Positions 9,221 through 18,614 of a stretch of DNA of 64,000 bases are shown one piece after another. The stretch spans positions 12,855 through 76,854 of the forward strand of contig JAQTUL010000002.1 in assembly GCA_028710275.1 (NCBI GenBank), in the 5' to 3' direction. Within the stretch, counting starts at the first letter, position 1; every line of letters starts with the position of its first letter. The translations under genes and the position numbers were made by a program. Source of the stretch: Candidatus Colwellbacteria bacterium. GTDB taxonomy: Bacteria > Patescibacteriota > Minisyncoccia > UBA6257 > Colwellbacteraceae. The notes under the pieces were generated by a model that worked only from the letters and a program-made list of their open reading frames with translations, was not told where the DNA came from and made no database searches.

Positions 9221-11659
9221 ATGAGACTAGAACTGATAAATTTTCGATGTTGGAGAAAGAGGACGTTCGATTTCCCGGATGAGGGATTGGTACTCTTATC
9301 GGGTTCTTCAGGGTCTGGGAAGACTTCGATCCTTTCCGCCATCTATTTTGTCCTATATGGGACGGGAACAAAAATAATTTCTTTCGGGGAGAAGAAATGT
9401 TCTGTACGATTTGTATATGATGGATTGGATATCACACGAACAAAAGGACCGAATCGTTTGATGTTATCTGTTGTATCCGGAGGGGAGACATCGGAATATG
9501 AGGATGATGTCGCTCAAGGGATCATCACTAAGAAATTCGGAACTAATTTCACTCTCACTTCATATATCACTCAGAAGACTGTTCAATCGTTTCTTAACCT
9601 GGGTCCGACCGATAAGATGAATTTCCTAGAACAACTTGCGTTAGGTGATGAGGATATATCGGGAATCAAAAAGAAAGTGAAGGAGAGGATTCGAGAAAAG
9701 AAGGATGCTCTAAGTCAAAAAGTGGGTCAACTAGAACTTCTGACAGCAGAGGTGGGAGAGATGAAGACACCGGAAGAAATCTCTTTTCCTCTTGGACCTA
9801 AACATTCCGATATCAAGATTAAGAATGAGGGAGTGTTCTGGAAGAGAACAATAAAGGAGTTGAAAGAGAAGAGAGAAACTTTGAAGACTACTGAAGGAGA
9901 GTTTTCGAAAGAGAAGGTTAGTAGAGCTGTCAGAGAGGGAAAACAATCATCGTTGGTTGATTTGGAAAAGAAGAGAGAGGCACTACAAGGAGAGATCTCT
10001 AGTATAGAATTCGATGGGGAGGAGACAATCAACGAACTTAAATCCACACTCTCTTTTCTGAAGAATAAGAGGGAATTCTCATCGGTCTCTGATCGATACA
10101 ACGAAGAAAAAACTCGATACGATGATCTGTATACGCAGGAGATGTCGTTGTTAAAAGAGGAGGAGACACGATTGAAAGAGACGAGAGATTCGATTGATGA
10201 AGAAAACTTTTCCGATAAAGTGTTGAAAGGGATTGAAGAAGAGATATTGCTGATTGAATCTATAGTGTCTATCTCTAAGGAGTTAGAGATTCACGAGAAG
10301 AATAGATCACAGTACAGAGAGTATGATAGAGAAGAGAAGGTAAAGGAATTAGAGAGTAAGATGGAGAAGTTACAAGAGGAGATCTCTGTCACAGAGAGGA
10401 GAGTGGATATTAAGTGTTGTCCAAATTGTAAAGTCTCTCTTCGATTCAGTAAGACTAGTCTTGTCTTGGCTGATGGTGATCCGGTTGATGAGGCGAAATC
10501 GAAAATAGAGATTAAGCGAATCAAAAGTGAGATAGCTGGGTGTAAGACACTCATCGACGCAATTAAGAAGGAGATTATGACTATTTCGTATACTGATACG
10601 AAGATAGATGAGTATAAAGAACGATTGAAATTGAAACGAGTTCCTCAAAAGACCTTGGAGGAACTTAAGAATGAGACTAAATCTTTGAGGGAGATGAAGA
10701 GAGAATGGACTGAACTTAGTAGTGGTATCAAAACAGTGATGAATAAGATAAAGACCGATGATCTCTCTTCGACATTGAAGAAACTCAAACTACAGGTGGA
10801 TAAACGAAAGAGGGAGCTTCAATCTATCAAGGAACAGTTAGAGGAGGAACTGGAGACTGATTACACCGAGGAGGAACTCCGAGAAGAGATCTCTAAACAG
10901 GAGTTGGCTTCTCAAAAGAGAAAATCTCTGGAGAAGCAATTGAGGGAATTAGAAGTCTCTATCAGTAAACTAGAGAAGGAGATAGAGAAGATTGTTCTCT
11001 CTGATAGAGATTTTGAAGAGGAGATTGAAAAGATCTCTAAGAGTATAAAGGAGTTGATTACAAAGGAGGAGGAACATAAACGATTAGACAAGGAGATAGA
11101 GAGGTATCTACAATATAGAAAAGAGGAAGAGGACTATAGGAAGTGGGTTGACAAACTTCAAAAATGTAGAGAAGAGGAGGAGAGCGCGAAGAGAGAACTG
11201 GCTTACTGTGATATCTTTTTGAGAAAGGTTCAAGAGGCTGAATCTCTAGCTATTTCTAATGTAATTGACCAGATCAACTATAGTATGAATTATTATTTGG
11301 AGAGATTCTTCCCTGAGAATCCTATAACGGTAGAAATAAAAACATTCAAGGAAACGAAGAAGGATATAAAACCGTCTATAAACATCACGGTTGGATATAG
11401 GGGGATAGAAAATTCTTCTCTAGATAGCCTAAGTGGGGGCGAATATGACAGAATAGTTTTATCACTCACATTGGCGTTGAGTAACTTATTTGGATCTAAT
11501 CTAATTTTGTTGGATGAGAGCATTTCTAGCCTCGACGGAGAATTAAGTAATGACATCTTAGAATGTCTCAAAGAGAATATGAAAGAGAAATTGATCGTTG
11601 TAGTTGCTCATCAAATCAGTGTTGGAATATTTGATACGGTTTTAGATATAAATGATTAA
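9221..11659 (+). CDS. Rad50/SbcC-like SMC-type ATPase with zinc hook
   Basis: N-terminal Walker A LLSGSSGSGKTS. About 600 aa of K/E coiled coil with a central CCPNCK (CxxC hook). C-terminal ABC signature LSGGEYDRIVLSL and Walker B/D-loop ILLDESISSLD. Confidence 0.8.
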   Translation: MRLELINFRCWRKRTFDFPDEGLVLLSGSSGSGKTSILSAIYFVLYGTGTKIISFGEKKCSVRFVYDGLDITRTKGPNRLMLSVVSGGETSEYEDDVAQGIITKKFGTNFTLTSYITQKTVQSFLNLGPTDKMNFLEQLALGDEDISGIKKKVKERIREKKDALSQKVGQLELLTAEVGEMKTPEEISFPLGPKHSDIKIKNEGVFWKRTIKELKEKRETLKTTEGEFSKEKVSRAVREGKQSSLVDLEKKREALQGEISSIEFDGEETINELKSTLSFLKNKREFSSVSDRYNEEKTRYDDLYTQEMSLLKEEETRLKETRDSIDEENFSDKVLKGIEEEILLIESIVSISKELEIHEKNRSQYREYDREEKVKELESKMEKLQEEISVTERRVDIKCCPNCKVSLRFSKTSLVLADGDPVDEAKSKIEIKRIKSEIAGCKTLIDAIKKEIMTISYTDTKIDEYKERLKLKRVPQKTLEELKNETKSLREMKREWTELSSGIKTVMNKIKTDDLSSTLKKLKLQVDKRKRELQSIKEQLEEELETDYTEEELREEISKQELASQKRKSLEKQLRELEVSISKLEKEIEKIVLSDRDFEEEIEKISKSIKELITKEEEHKRLDKEIERYLQYRKEEEDYRKWVDKLQKCREEEESAKRELAYCDIFLRKVQEAESLAISNVIDQINYSMNYYLERFFPENPITVEIKTFKETKKDIKPSINITVGYRGIENSSLDSLSGGEYDRIVLSLTLALSNLFGSNLILLDESISSLDGELSNDILECLKENMKEKLIVVVAHQISVGIFDTVLDIND

Positions 11660-11686
11660 TTATAAAAATTGATATCTGTAATCATT

Positions 11687-11726
11687 GAATATCGTATGCC
11701 ATTATGTATCATGGCATACGATATTC
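11687..11726. terminator. hairpin GAATATCGTATGCCAT-tatgtatc-ATGGCATACGATATTC after the Rad50-like gene stop; both candidate ATGs of the next gene lie inside it
   Basis: Perfect 16 bp arms. Confidence 0.45.
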
Positions 11727-13294
11727 AATCTGATAAAATATTAATTGAAAATAAATGTGTTGTGTGTGGAAAGAAATGTAGTTTTAATTATAAAACTCTA
11801 GATTATGGTGTAAGATGTAGGATTCATAAATTAGAAGAAATGGTTAATATATCGAGCCCAGAATATTGTGAAAAACGATTCGTTAAAACGATAGACAACT
11901 TAAAAGGAAAAGTTGTAGGAAAATATACTGGAGATGGAAATCCGGTTGAATGCGTATGTGAAAAAGGTCATGTGTGTCATCCTAGACCAACTCATATAAA
12001 ACAGGGTAGAGGAATGTGTTTTGCATGTTCAGGAAAAGATTCTAAAACCGCTGAAAATAATTTTTACAAAAACATAATTTTGTTGGGTGGTAAAGTTCTC
12101 GGCGAATATACTGGCAATGATAAACCAGTCGAATGTCTATGCTCTAATGGTCATATTTGCAATCCAAGACCGGGAAGTATACAACAGGGGCAAGGAATGT
12201 GTATTATATGCTCGGGATTAGATTCTAAAACCGCTGAAAATAATTTTTACAAAAACATAATTTTGTTGGGCGGTAAAGTTCTGGGAGAATATAATGGTAA
12301 TGATAAACCAGTCGAATGTCTATGTTCTAATGGTCATATTTGTAATCCAAGACCAGGAAGTATACAACAAGGAAAAGGAATGTGTATTATATGCTCGGGA
12401 TTAGATCCTAAAACGGCCGAATATAATTTTTACAAAAATGTAACTTTATTGGGTGGTAAAGTTATAGGTAAATATGTGAATAGCACCACACAAGTAGAAT
12501 GTATTTGTTGTAATAACCATCAGTGTTATTCAAATCCCTCTTCATTACAACAAGGTAAAGGAATGTGCATAATTTGTGCGAAACAGGATCCTAAAACAGC
12601 AGAAGATAATTTTCACAAATATGTGTCTACTTTGGACGGTAAAGTTATAGGTAAATATGTGAATAGCTACACACAAGTAGAATGTATTTGTTCAAACGGG
12701 CATACATGCAACCCGTATCCATGTAATATTTCAAAAGGGTTAAATATATGTAAAATATGTGCAGGACAAGATCTTCAAACATCAACTGATAAATTCATTA
12801 AAAATATACACAAACTAGGAGGAAAAGTTATCGGTACATATATAAATAATCGCATGCGTGTAGAATGTATATGTATTGCTAATCATAAATGTTGGCCGAT
12901 ACCTAGCAGTATTCAACAGGGTCAAGGAATGTGCCCAAAATGTGCTAAAACATCTTTCTCCAAAATTTCATTCGAGTTTTTGGACGGTATCTGTCTCTCG
13001 CAAAAAATTTCTCTACAGACCGCCAAATCAGAGGAAGGAGAATTCAAGATTCCGGACACCAAATACAAGGTTGATGGCTATCACAAAGAGACCAATACTG
13101 TATACGAGTTTCATGGATGTTACTGGCATGGATGTCCAATGTGTTTTGATCCTGAGAAGATGAATGATATATCAAACAAAACGTTCGGTAAGCTACACGA
13201 TAAGACATTACATCGTGAAGAGTTGATAAGGTCAAAAGGATATAATCTTGTAGTAATGTGGGAGTGTGACTGGAAAGAAAAACTTGTGATTTAA
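11696..13294 (+). CDS. zinc-ribbon repeat protein fused to Vsr-like (very-short-patch-repair type) PD-(D/E)xK endonuclease
   Basis: The track start 11669 is TTG and the first ATGs are at 11696 and 11711. There are seven 61 aa repeats (NPVECxCxxGHxCxPRPxxIQQGxGMCxxCSG). The C-terminus YKVDGYHKETNTVYEFHGCYWHGCPMC matches the Vsr GCFWHG block. Paralog of 3147-4280. Confidence 0.7.
   Translation: MPLCIMAYDIQSDKILIENKCVVCGKKCSFNYKTLDYGVRCRIHKLEEMVNISSPEYCEKRFVKTIDNLKGKVVGKYTGDGNPVECVCEKGHVCHPRPTHIKQGRGMCFACSGKDSKTAENNFYKNIILLGGKVLGEYTGNDKPVECLCSNGHICNPRPGSIQQGQGMCIICSGLDSKTAENNFYKNIILLGGKVLGEYNGNDKPVECLCSNGHICNPRPGSIQQGKGMCIICSGLDPKTAEYNFYKNVTLLGGKVIGKYVNSTTQVECICCNNHQCYSNPSSLQQGKGMCIICAKQDPKTAEDNFHKYVSTLDGKVIGKYVNSYTQVECICSNGHTCNPYPCNISKGLNICKICAGQDLQTSTDKFIKNIHKLGGKVIGTYINNRMRVECICIANHKCWPIPSSIQQGQGMCPKCAKTSFSKISFEFLDGICLSQKISLQTAKSEEGEFKIPDTKYKVDGYHKETNTVYEFHGCYWHGCPMCFDPEKMNDISNKTFGKLHDKTLHREELIRSKGYNLVVMWECDWKEKLVI
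12041..12600 (+). repeat. 183 bp (61 codon) in-frame tandem repeats inside CDS 11696-13294; first three copies over 90% identical
   Basis: tctaaaaccgctgaaaataatttttacaaaaacataattttgttggg... recurs at 12041, 12224 and 12407, then in more diverged copies. Confidence 0.85.
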
Positions 13295-13308
13295 GATATC
13301 GAAAAGTG

Positions 13309-13333
13309 ATTTATAACTTGATGAGTTATAAAT
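13309..13333. terminator. hairpin ATTTATAACT-tgatg-AGTTATAAAT between 11696-13294 and 13345
   Basis: Perfect 10 bp arms. Confidence 0.45.
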
Positions 13334-13344
13334 AGTTATCCATC

Positions 13345-14445
13345 ATGTCATCCGTTGAGAAGTCATCGTCGAAGAAGAAATTATCACCCATTTATTGTCT
13401 TGATATTAAAGATGAATATATCAAAAATATTCACAAAGAGATAGAAACTGTGATAGAAGATGAGAAATATAAAATTAAAGATAATGTAGTCCATAATGGT
13501 TGGACTTTGATATCATGTCGCAAAGAGGATAAACCTAATTGGACAAAAAATAATCTCTGTAACGAAGAGTTCTTGAACAAAACAAACCATAATAATAAAA
13601 CATACTTTCACATATATTTTAAACAGTATTCGAGTTCTATTGTTATGATATCATATGGTGGTATAAAAACATATGAAAATAAGAAACTATTCAAGGATAA
13701 AATATCTCTTGATAAAAATTTAATGTTTGAAGAGGAAATTAAAGATTTTGATTCGTTGATCGAGAAAATAGATGAATGTATATCATCTTCCGATAATTTC
13801 GACGATGTAATGACAAAATATTGGAGTGGAAATGTAGGTATTGATGGTGTTTCTGACATTAAAGAAATTGTAAAGGATATTAAGTTCTCAATGTTTGAAT
13901 CGGTAAAACTGTTCGATAAAAAGGTTGCAGAATTTAAAGAAAAATACAAGAATTTGCCATTTCCATTACCAGATTACGATAAAAATGAAGATATTAAAAT
14001 ACAAAAATCAGGGAAAATAAAACAATCTGAAACCGCGTATAATTCTCGTATATGTAAAACCCTCGATTTTATAAACTTGGATTGTGATACAGCAAGCACC
14101 AATGGAATAGAAATTGCTGATATATACAATAAAACTACGAAACAGTTAATTCATGTTAAAAAAGAAGGTGATCTTCGCGTTCATGCATGTCAAGGATTAA
14201 ACTCTGCTCTTTATTTGGATGATCCAAATGAAAAATCAGGTAGGTTTAAGGATATTCATGACATACCGTCCGATCCAAAATCTTTAACGATTGTTTACGC
14301 TATAATTTGTATGAACAATAAAGTCGATCGATATTTCGATGGAAATACACCTATGAAGGATAAAATAAGTTTAGGTACTATAATGTCCGTATTAGAGTTC
14401 GTAGGATATACGACGGAATTGTTTTATATCAATGCGATAAATTGA
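13345..14445 (+). CDS. hypothetical protein
   Basis: 366 aa. ATG verified. Lys/Asn-rich. No motif. Confidence 0.5.
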   Translation: MSSVEKSSSKKKLSPIYCLDIKDEYIKNIHKEIETVIEDEKYKIKDNVVHNGWTLISCRKEDKPNWTKNNLCNEEFLNKTNHNNKTYFHIYFKQYSSSIVMISYGGIKTYENKKLFKDKISLDKNLMFEEEIKDFDSLIEKIDECISSSDNFDDVMTKYWSGNVGIDGVSDIKEIVKDIKFSMFESVKLFDKKVAEFKEKYKNLPFPLPDYDKNEDIKIQKSGKIKQSETAYNSRICKTLDFINLDCDTASTNGIEIADIYNKTTKQLIHVKKEGDLRVHACQGLNSALYLDDPNEKSGRFKDIHDIPSDPKSLTIVYAIICMNNKVDRYFDGNTPMKDKISLGTIMSVLEFVGYTTELFYINAIN

Positions 14446-14456
14446 TTTCAAATATT

Positions 14457-15371
14457 CTAAACATAAGTCTTCTCAACCAGTCGTTTATCAAACTCATTTC
14501 CCATTCCCTTATTCTCGTTGTACAGATCACTATACTTTTCCAATAGTTCACTCTCGTCGTCGCTGATTTCTGCTAACTCAGCACATTTGATCTTCTTGAA
14601 CTCCTTCAGTTTTGTACTCATAATAGGAAGTATGGCTTCCTTTAGTCTCTTCGCTTGTATATCATTAACTACATTTCCTTTATCGTCGTGGTAAATGAAA
14701 TTCTTTCTATTCTTATCCGTACATTTATAGATTAGATTTCCAGATTCATCTCTGATTACATTATCGAGCACCCAATCAGCTTGACCAATCCCACCTCGTT
14801 CATAATGTTTAATTGTGTATGTATCTTTTATAGATTCTAGTCTTTCTTGTGAGAGATTAAGTGAGTTCATAGTTATATTCTTCGCTTTGATATGTGTTGT
14901 GGTAGTTGTGGTACCAACCTTCTCTATTAGTCGTTTACTCTGTTCCTGAGCGAATAGATGTTCTTTGTTGTATAACTCAGTATAGATCTCTTTCTCTCGT
15001 TTATCTCTCTCCTTTTCGATAAGAATTTCTGTTGATTTCTTATATTCCGATAATATGGTTTCGTAATGTTGTTTTTGAATTTCAAGATTTGTCTCGTACC
15101 GACGCTTTTGTTTTTCAATCTCTTGGTTTTTATTTTCAATTATTGTCTCATATCGTTGTGTAACACATTTCACCGGACAGTCGATCTCATGTTTAATTCT
15201 ACTATTATTCGTACGATGTTCTTTTTTACAGTAAGAGCATTCGTTCTTACTGTCCGGAAGATCAACAATCAATACATTTTGTTTATCTAGACAGTATTTT
15301 GTCTTTGCTTGATGTATTTGAAGATTTTGCTTAGTTGTTAATTCCTTATTGCAGAATTGACACTTGAACAT
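14457..15371 (-). CDS. paralogous-family protein, N-terminal C2H2-like zinc finger plus conserved C-terminal domain
   Basis: 304 aa. The N-terminus C.FC..L.TK.NL.IHQAKTKYC and the C-terminal 150 aa are near-identical to 40645-41514 (NITMNSLNLSQERLESIKDTYTIKHYERGG.GQADWV...KEFKKIKCAELAEISDDESELLE). Confidence 0.6.
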   Translation of the reverse strand: MFKCQFCNKELTTKQNLQIHQAKTKYCLDKQNVLIVDLPDSKNECSYCKKEHRTNNSRIKHEIDCPVKCVTQRYETIIENKNQEIEKQKRRYETNLEIQKQHYETILSEYKKSTEILIEKERDKREKEIYTELYNKEHLFAQEQSKRLIEKVGTTTTTTHIKAKNITMNSLNLSQERLESIKDTYTIKHYERGGIGQADWVLDNVIRDESGNLIYKCTDKNRKNFIYHDDKGNVVNDIQAKRLKEAILPIMSTKLKEFKKIKCAELAEISDDESELLEKYSDLYNENKGMGNEFDKRLVEKTYV

Positions 15372-15506
15372 TATTATGACAGTTTATGATAGATTTATTA
15401 TCATAAACCATAATAAACGACCATAAAACTTATGTTTATGATAGATTTATGTCCATAAACTTTTTCGGAGTTTCCGAAAAATAGGATTGCAGTGATCTCC
15501 GAAAGT

Positions 15507-15665
15507 CATAATTTAGAATTAAAGTTGAAAGGAGGATGTTTTCGGATTATGACTTTCGGAGATAAAAGGCTATCCCGTTTCTAAAACTATTTGAAATTGA
15601 AAAAAGTATATCAAACTCTCTCAATATTTGTGAGAGAGGCGACCTCTCCGCCGAAAAACTTTCAG
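15507..15665. repeat. conserved about 130 bp intergenic element with nested inverted repeats, copy A (copy B at 41638-41795)
   Basis: gttttcggattatgactttcggag...tttctaaaactatttgaaattgaaaaaagtatatcaaactctctcaatatttgtgagagaggcgacctctccRccgaaaaactttc is near-identical at both loci. Internal hairpins CTCCGAAAGTCATAAT/ATTATGACTTTCGGAG and CTCTCTCA/TGAGAGAG. Both copies lie 190-290 bp upstream of the paralogous minus-strand genes. Confidence 0.85.
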
Positions 15666-15749
15666 ATAGCGGAAATGGTTGTGTATCTCTGAACTCCGAA
15701 AAACTTTGGTGATAACTTTCGTTTACAAGTTATCACCAAAGGTCGATAG

Positions 15750-15808
15750 ATTGTTGAGCTAGATAAACAGGTTAAATAGTTGATGGTATAATTATCTAGC
15801 TCAACAAT
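15750..15808. promoter_or_regulatory. long hairpin ATTGTTGAGCTAGATAA-n25-TTATCTAGCTCAACAAT ending on the ATG of 15807
   Basis: Perfect 17 bp arms. Lies in the divergent region after the conserved 130 bp element. Confidence 0.4.
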
Positions 15809-18242
15809 GGACAAAATCTTAAGCATTAGAAACAGAGGTGAGAAGATTAGAGGATTGTATATTGGAAAAAATAAGGGACAGCCTCGAATTATTAAATTCG
15901 GATATTCTGATTGTCTTCAAGATCGTATACGTGATAGTGCATATCAAACAGGATTTTTTCACGAATGGGATTTTACTTTTTATATTCCCGATGATCAATC
16001 AAGAGATTCAAGGATCGATGAACAAACTATACTCAAGTATATTAAAGACGAATTAAAGTTGACGTCAGGATATGGAGTTGAAACTTTTCAATATTTCAAA
16101 CCCCTTTTATACAGCAATATTGTAAAAAGTATTTCTAATAAATTAAACCGAGATTGTGGAGTACATACTAAGATAAAAGAATCTGAAGCGAATTTTAAAG
16201 GGTATAAAGTGGTTGATTATAAAAATATGAGATGGGAGGGACCTTTCGATACAGATATCGGTATGAAATGTGGAATGTGTGAAAAGAATAATATAACGAA
16301 AAAATTTTTTATATTGACACATCCTGATCGTAAAGATATTCTAATGAATGTGGGTAAAGACTGTTTAAAAAAATTAAAAGAAACATATAAAATTAAACAT
16401 AACAATAAAAGGGTTCAATTAGACATAGACTTTTTTGGAGACGATATTCCTATAGATAGTACTAATAACGATCAAACAATAACAAATACCACTATACTAG
16501 ATACGTATATGGATGAATTTGTATACAAGACCCCTAGTATCAATTACTGTAAAAATATTATATCAACCCCGGATACATCAAATTATACGTCAGTTAGATA
16601 CGCGATGTCGGTTCTCTTATTTGATAGGTTTATCAAAAAATGTAGTAAAGGAAATGATCGAGTTAGTATTTCTGTTATTGTAAAGGAATTAAACGATGAA
16701 TGTAAAACATCTATATTTGACGAATATTTAATCAAATCACTAGCAACTGGTATTTTCGCTATTGAAGAAAATACCTTGGTGGGATCGTACTTTAATAACA
16801 TGTATCTTGCCACTATTACCTTTTTGGACACAGCATTAAATAACAATGTTAAATTATCTTACAATCCACAAACCGATGATAAAGATAAACTTAACAAAAA
16901 GCAGTTCAACGCGATTGACAACTTTCGTAACAATAAATTATTGTTTTTAACCGGTAGAGGTGGTACAGGAAAAACAAAAGTATCGACTAATATAATTAAA
17001 TCTATAAATTCGGATAAAAATATGGTTTACATATTAGCTCCATATAACACAATATTACAACGACAAAAAGATGCGTTACATCTTGATGTTTATGATGATA
17101 AGAGTAATATCATATTCAAAACTGTATCAAGTTTTTTGATTGGATTAAAAACTAAAAAAATCAAGATAAATCGCCCTTCTTTGATAGTGATCGATGAATT
17201 TCCTCTTGTTGATATAGTATCGATATATAAGTTGTGTACCGGACTGGAATCCGTAAAACATTTGATAAAGTTTTTATTTTTGGGAGATCCTAATCAGTTG
17301 CCGTCGATAAATTTATCATATTGGTTCGGACAGTATATAGAATATTTTAGAGCTAATAAAATATTTAGTGTTCTGACAGAACAAATGAGAAATAAAGATG
17401 AAACACAAAACATATTTTCCTCTAAATTTTTATCGTTTGATGAAAATTTAAATGCTGTTGTGTCAGGTGTATATGATGAAAAATCATTTAATACATTATG
17501 CTCGGATTCAAAAATAGAACTTGACATGTACAATTCTAATAGAATTATAGAACTTTATATACAAGGGTATCAATATATTACATATACAAATGACATACGT
17601 AAGATGATTAACGAGACTATTCATAAATATATTACAGATGATATGTGTCCCGAATGTACAAAGGAATTTATATGTGACAGTTTAAAATTTTGTAGAATGT
17701 GTGTAGATAAACATAAATATATTGTCACGGAATCTATAATAACCGATGATAGTACAATTCATAAGTCTTCAATTATAAATGGACGCGATATCGTGTATAA
17801 GGATGATAAACTCGTTATTTCAGGTGTTGACATAACACTAACACCTGAAATGTTTACTCATCATCTTAGTTTATCATATTGTTTAACTATTAACAAATCT
17901 CAAGGGTCAGAATATCCAAAAGTATGTTATATTATAAATAGTTATCACTTGTCTAATTCTATACATTATCAGAAAATTTATACAGCAGTAACTCGGCATG
18001 GAAAGACATTAAAAATACTATATTATCAAAACAATAAACTGTTACATAAAAGTTCCAGTATCGGGGAAACTAAACTGTTACATAAAAGTTCCAGTAGAGA
18101 AAAAACTAAAATGCCTAAGGGTACATATGAAGGAAAAACTTATGAATGGGTATATGAAAATTTTCCATATTATGCAACGATGGCCAAACCTCCTGAATGG
18201 ATGAACGATTATATCGATTGGAAGTTAACGAAGATAAATTAA
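15807..18242 (+). CDS. GIY-YIG/T5orf172-like N-domain fused to SF1 (RecD/Pif1-type) helicase
   Basis: N-terminus GLYIGKN..PRIIKFGYSDCLQDRIRD (GIY-YIG-like). Walker A LTGRGGTGKTKV, Walker B LIVIDEFP, motif VI CLTINKSQGSEYPKV. Confidence 0.7.
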   Translation: MDKILSIRNRGEKIRGLYIGKNKGQPRIIKFGYSDCLQDRIRDSAYQTGFFHEWDFTFYIPDDQSRDSRIDEQTILKYIKDELKLTSGYGVETFQYFKPLLYSNIVKSISNKLNRDCGVHTKIKESEANFKGYKVVDYKNMRWEGPFDTDIGMKCGMCEKNNITKKFFILTHPDRKDILMNVGKDCLKKLKETYKIKHNNKRVQLDIDFFGDDIPIDSTNNDQTITNTTILDTYMDEFVYKTPSINYCKNIISTPDTSNYTSVRYAMSVLLFDRFIKKCSKGNDRVSISVIVKELNDECKTSIFDEYLIKSLATGIFAIEENTLVGSYFNNMYLATITFLDTALNNNVKLSYNPQTDDKDKLNKKQFNAIDNFRNNKLLFLTGRGGTGKTKVSTNIIKSINSDKNMVYILAPYNTILQRQKDALHLDVYDDKSNIIFKTVSSFLIGLKTKKIKINRPSLIVIDEFPLVDIVSIYKLCTGLESVKHLIKFLFLGDPNQLPSINLSYWFGQYIEYFRANKIFSVLTEQMRNKDETQNIFSSKFLSFDENLNAVVSGVYDEKSFNTLCSDSKIELDMYNSNRIIELYIQGYQYITYTNDIRKMINETIHKYITDDMCPECTKEFICDSLKFCRMCVDKHKYIVTESIITDDSTIHKSSIINGRDIVYKDDKLVISGVDITLTPEMFTHHLSLSYCLTINKSQGSEYPKVCYIINSYHLSNSIHYQKIYTAVTRHGKTLKILYYQNNKLLHKSSSIGETKLLHKSSSREKTKMPKGTYEGKTYEWVYENFPYYATMAKPPEWMNDYIDWKLTKIN

Positions 18243-18288
18243 AGTGATTTTATAGTATCATTACTATAAAATACCATCAACCAACACA
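18241..18288. repeat. 45 bp hairpin-containing element AAAGTGATTTTATAGTATCWTTACTATAAAATACCATCAACCA, copy 1 (copy 2 at 18571-18614)
   Basis: Near-identical sequence directly upstream of the two consecutive ATGs at 18289 and 18615. Contains the palindrome TTTTATAGTA/TACTATAAAA. Related hairpins lie at 35714-35741 and 32064-32088. Confidence 0.8.
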
Positions 18289-18546
18289 ATGAGTTCTCTT
18301 ATCAATAGTATCATCATGAAATGGAGAAAGCAGGGAAACTTCATCAGATTTATAGATGGAGATAAGAGAAACTGTACAGTGAGTAATTTGTGTTATGTAT
18401 CATTCGAAGATGCCATGAATCATATCGATGATTGGGCTGTTGACTGGGATGCTGAACTAACGAAAAATGAGATTCGGTTGGTCAAGACTAAGAAATTTCG
18501 AGATGGATTGGTGTTCAAGGCTCCTGAACCGGCATTGAAGAAATAG
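18289..18546 (+). CDS. small hypothetical protein
   Basis: 85 aa. ATG verified. Preceded by the same 45 bp hairpin element as the next gene. Confidence 0.35.
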   Translation: MSSLINSIIMKWRKQGNFIRFIDGDKRNCTVSNLCYVSFEDAMNHIDDWAVDWDAELTKNEIRLVKTKKFRDGLVFKAPEPALKK

Positions 18547-18614
18547 TTTCTTTGTATATGAAACAGAATTAAAGTGATTTTATAGTATCTTTACTATAAA
18601 ATACCATCAACCAC

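Noticed and set aside
9727-10101. Antisense ORFs within the Rad50-like gene (9727-10101, 9731-9946, 10291-10648)
   Set aside because: Ser/Leu/Phe-rich composition typical of the antisense strand of a K/E-rich coiled-coil gene. No independent start context.
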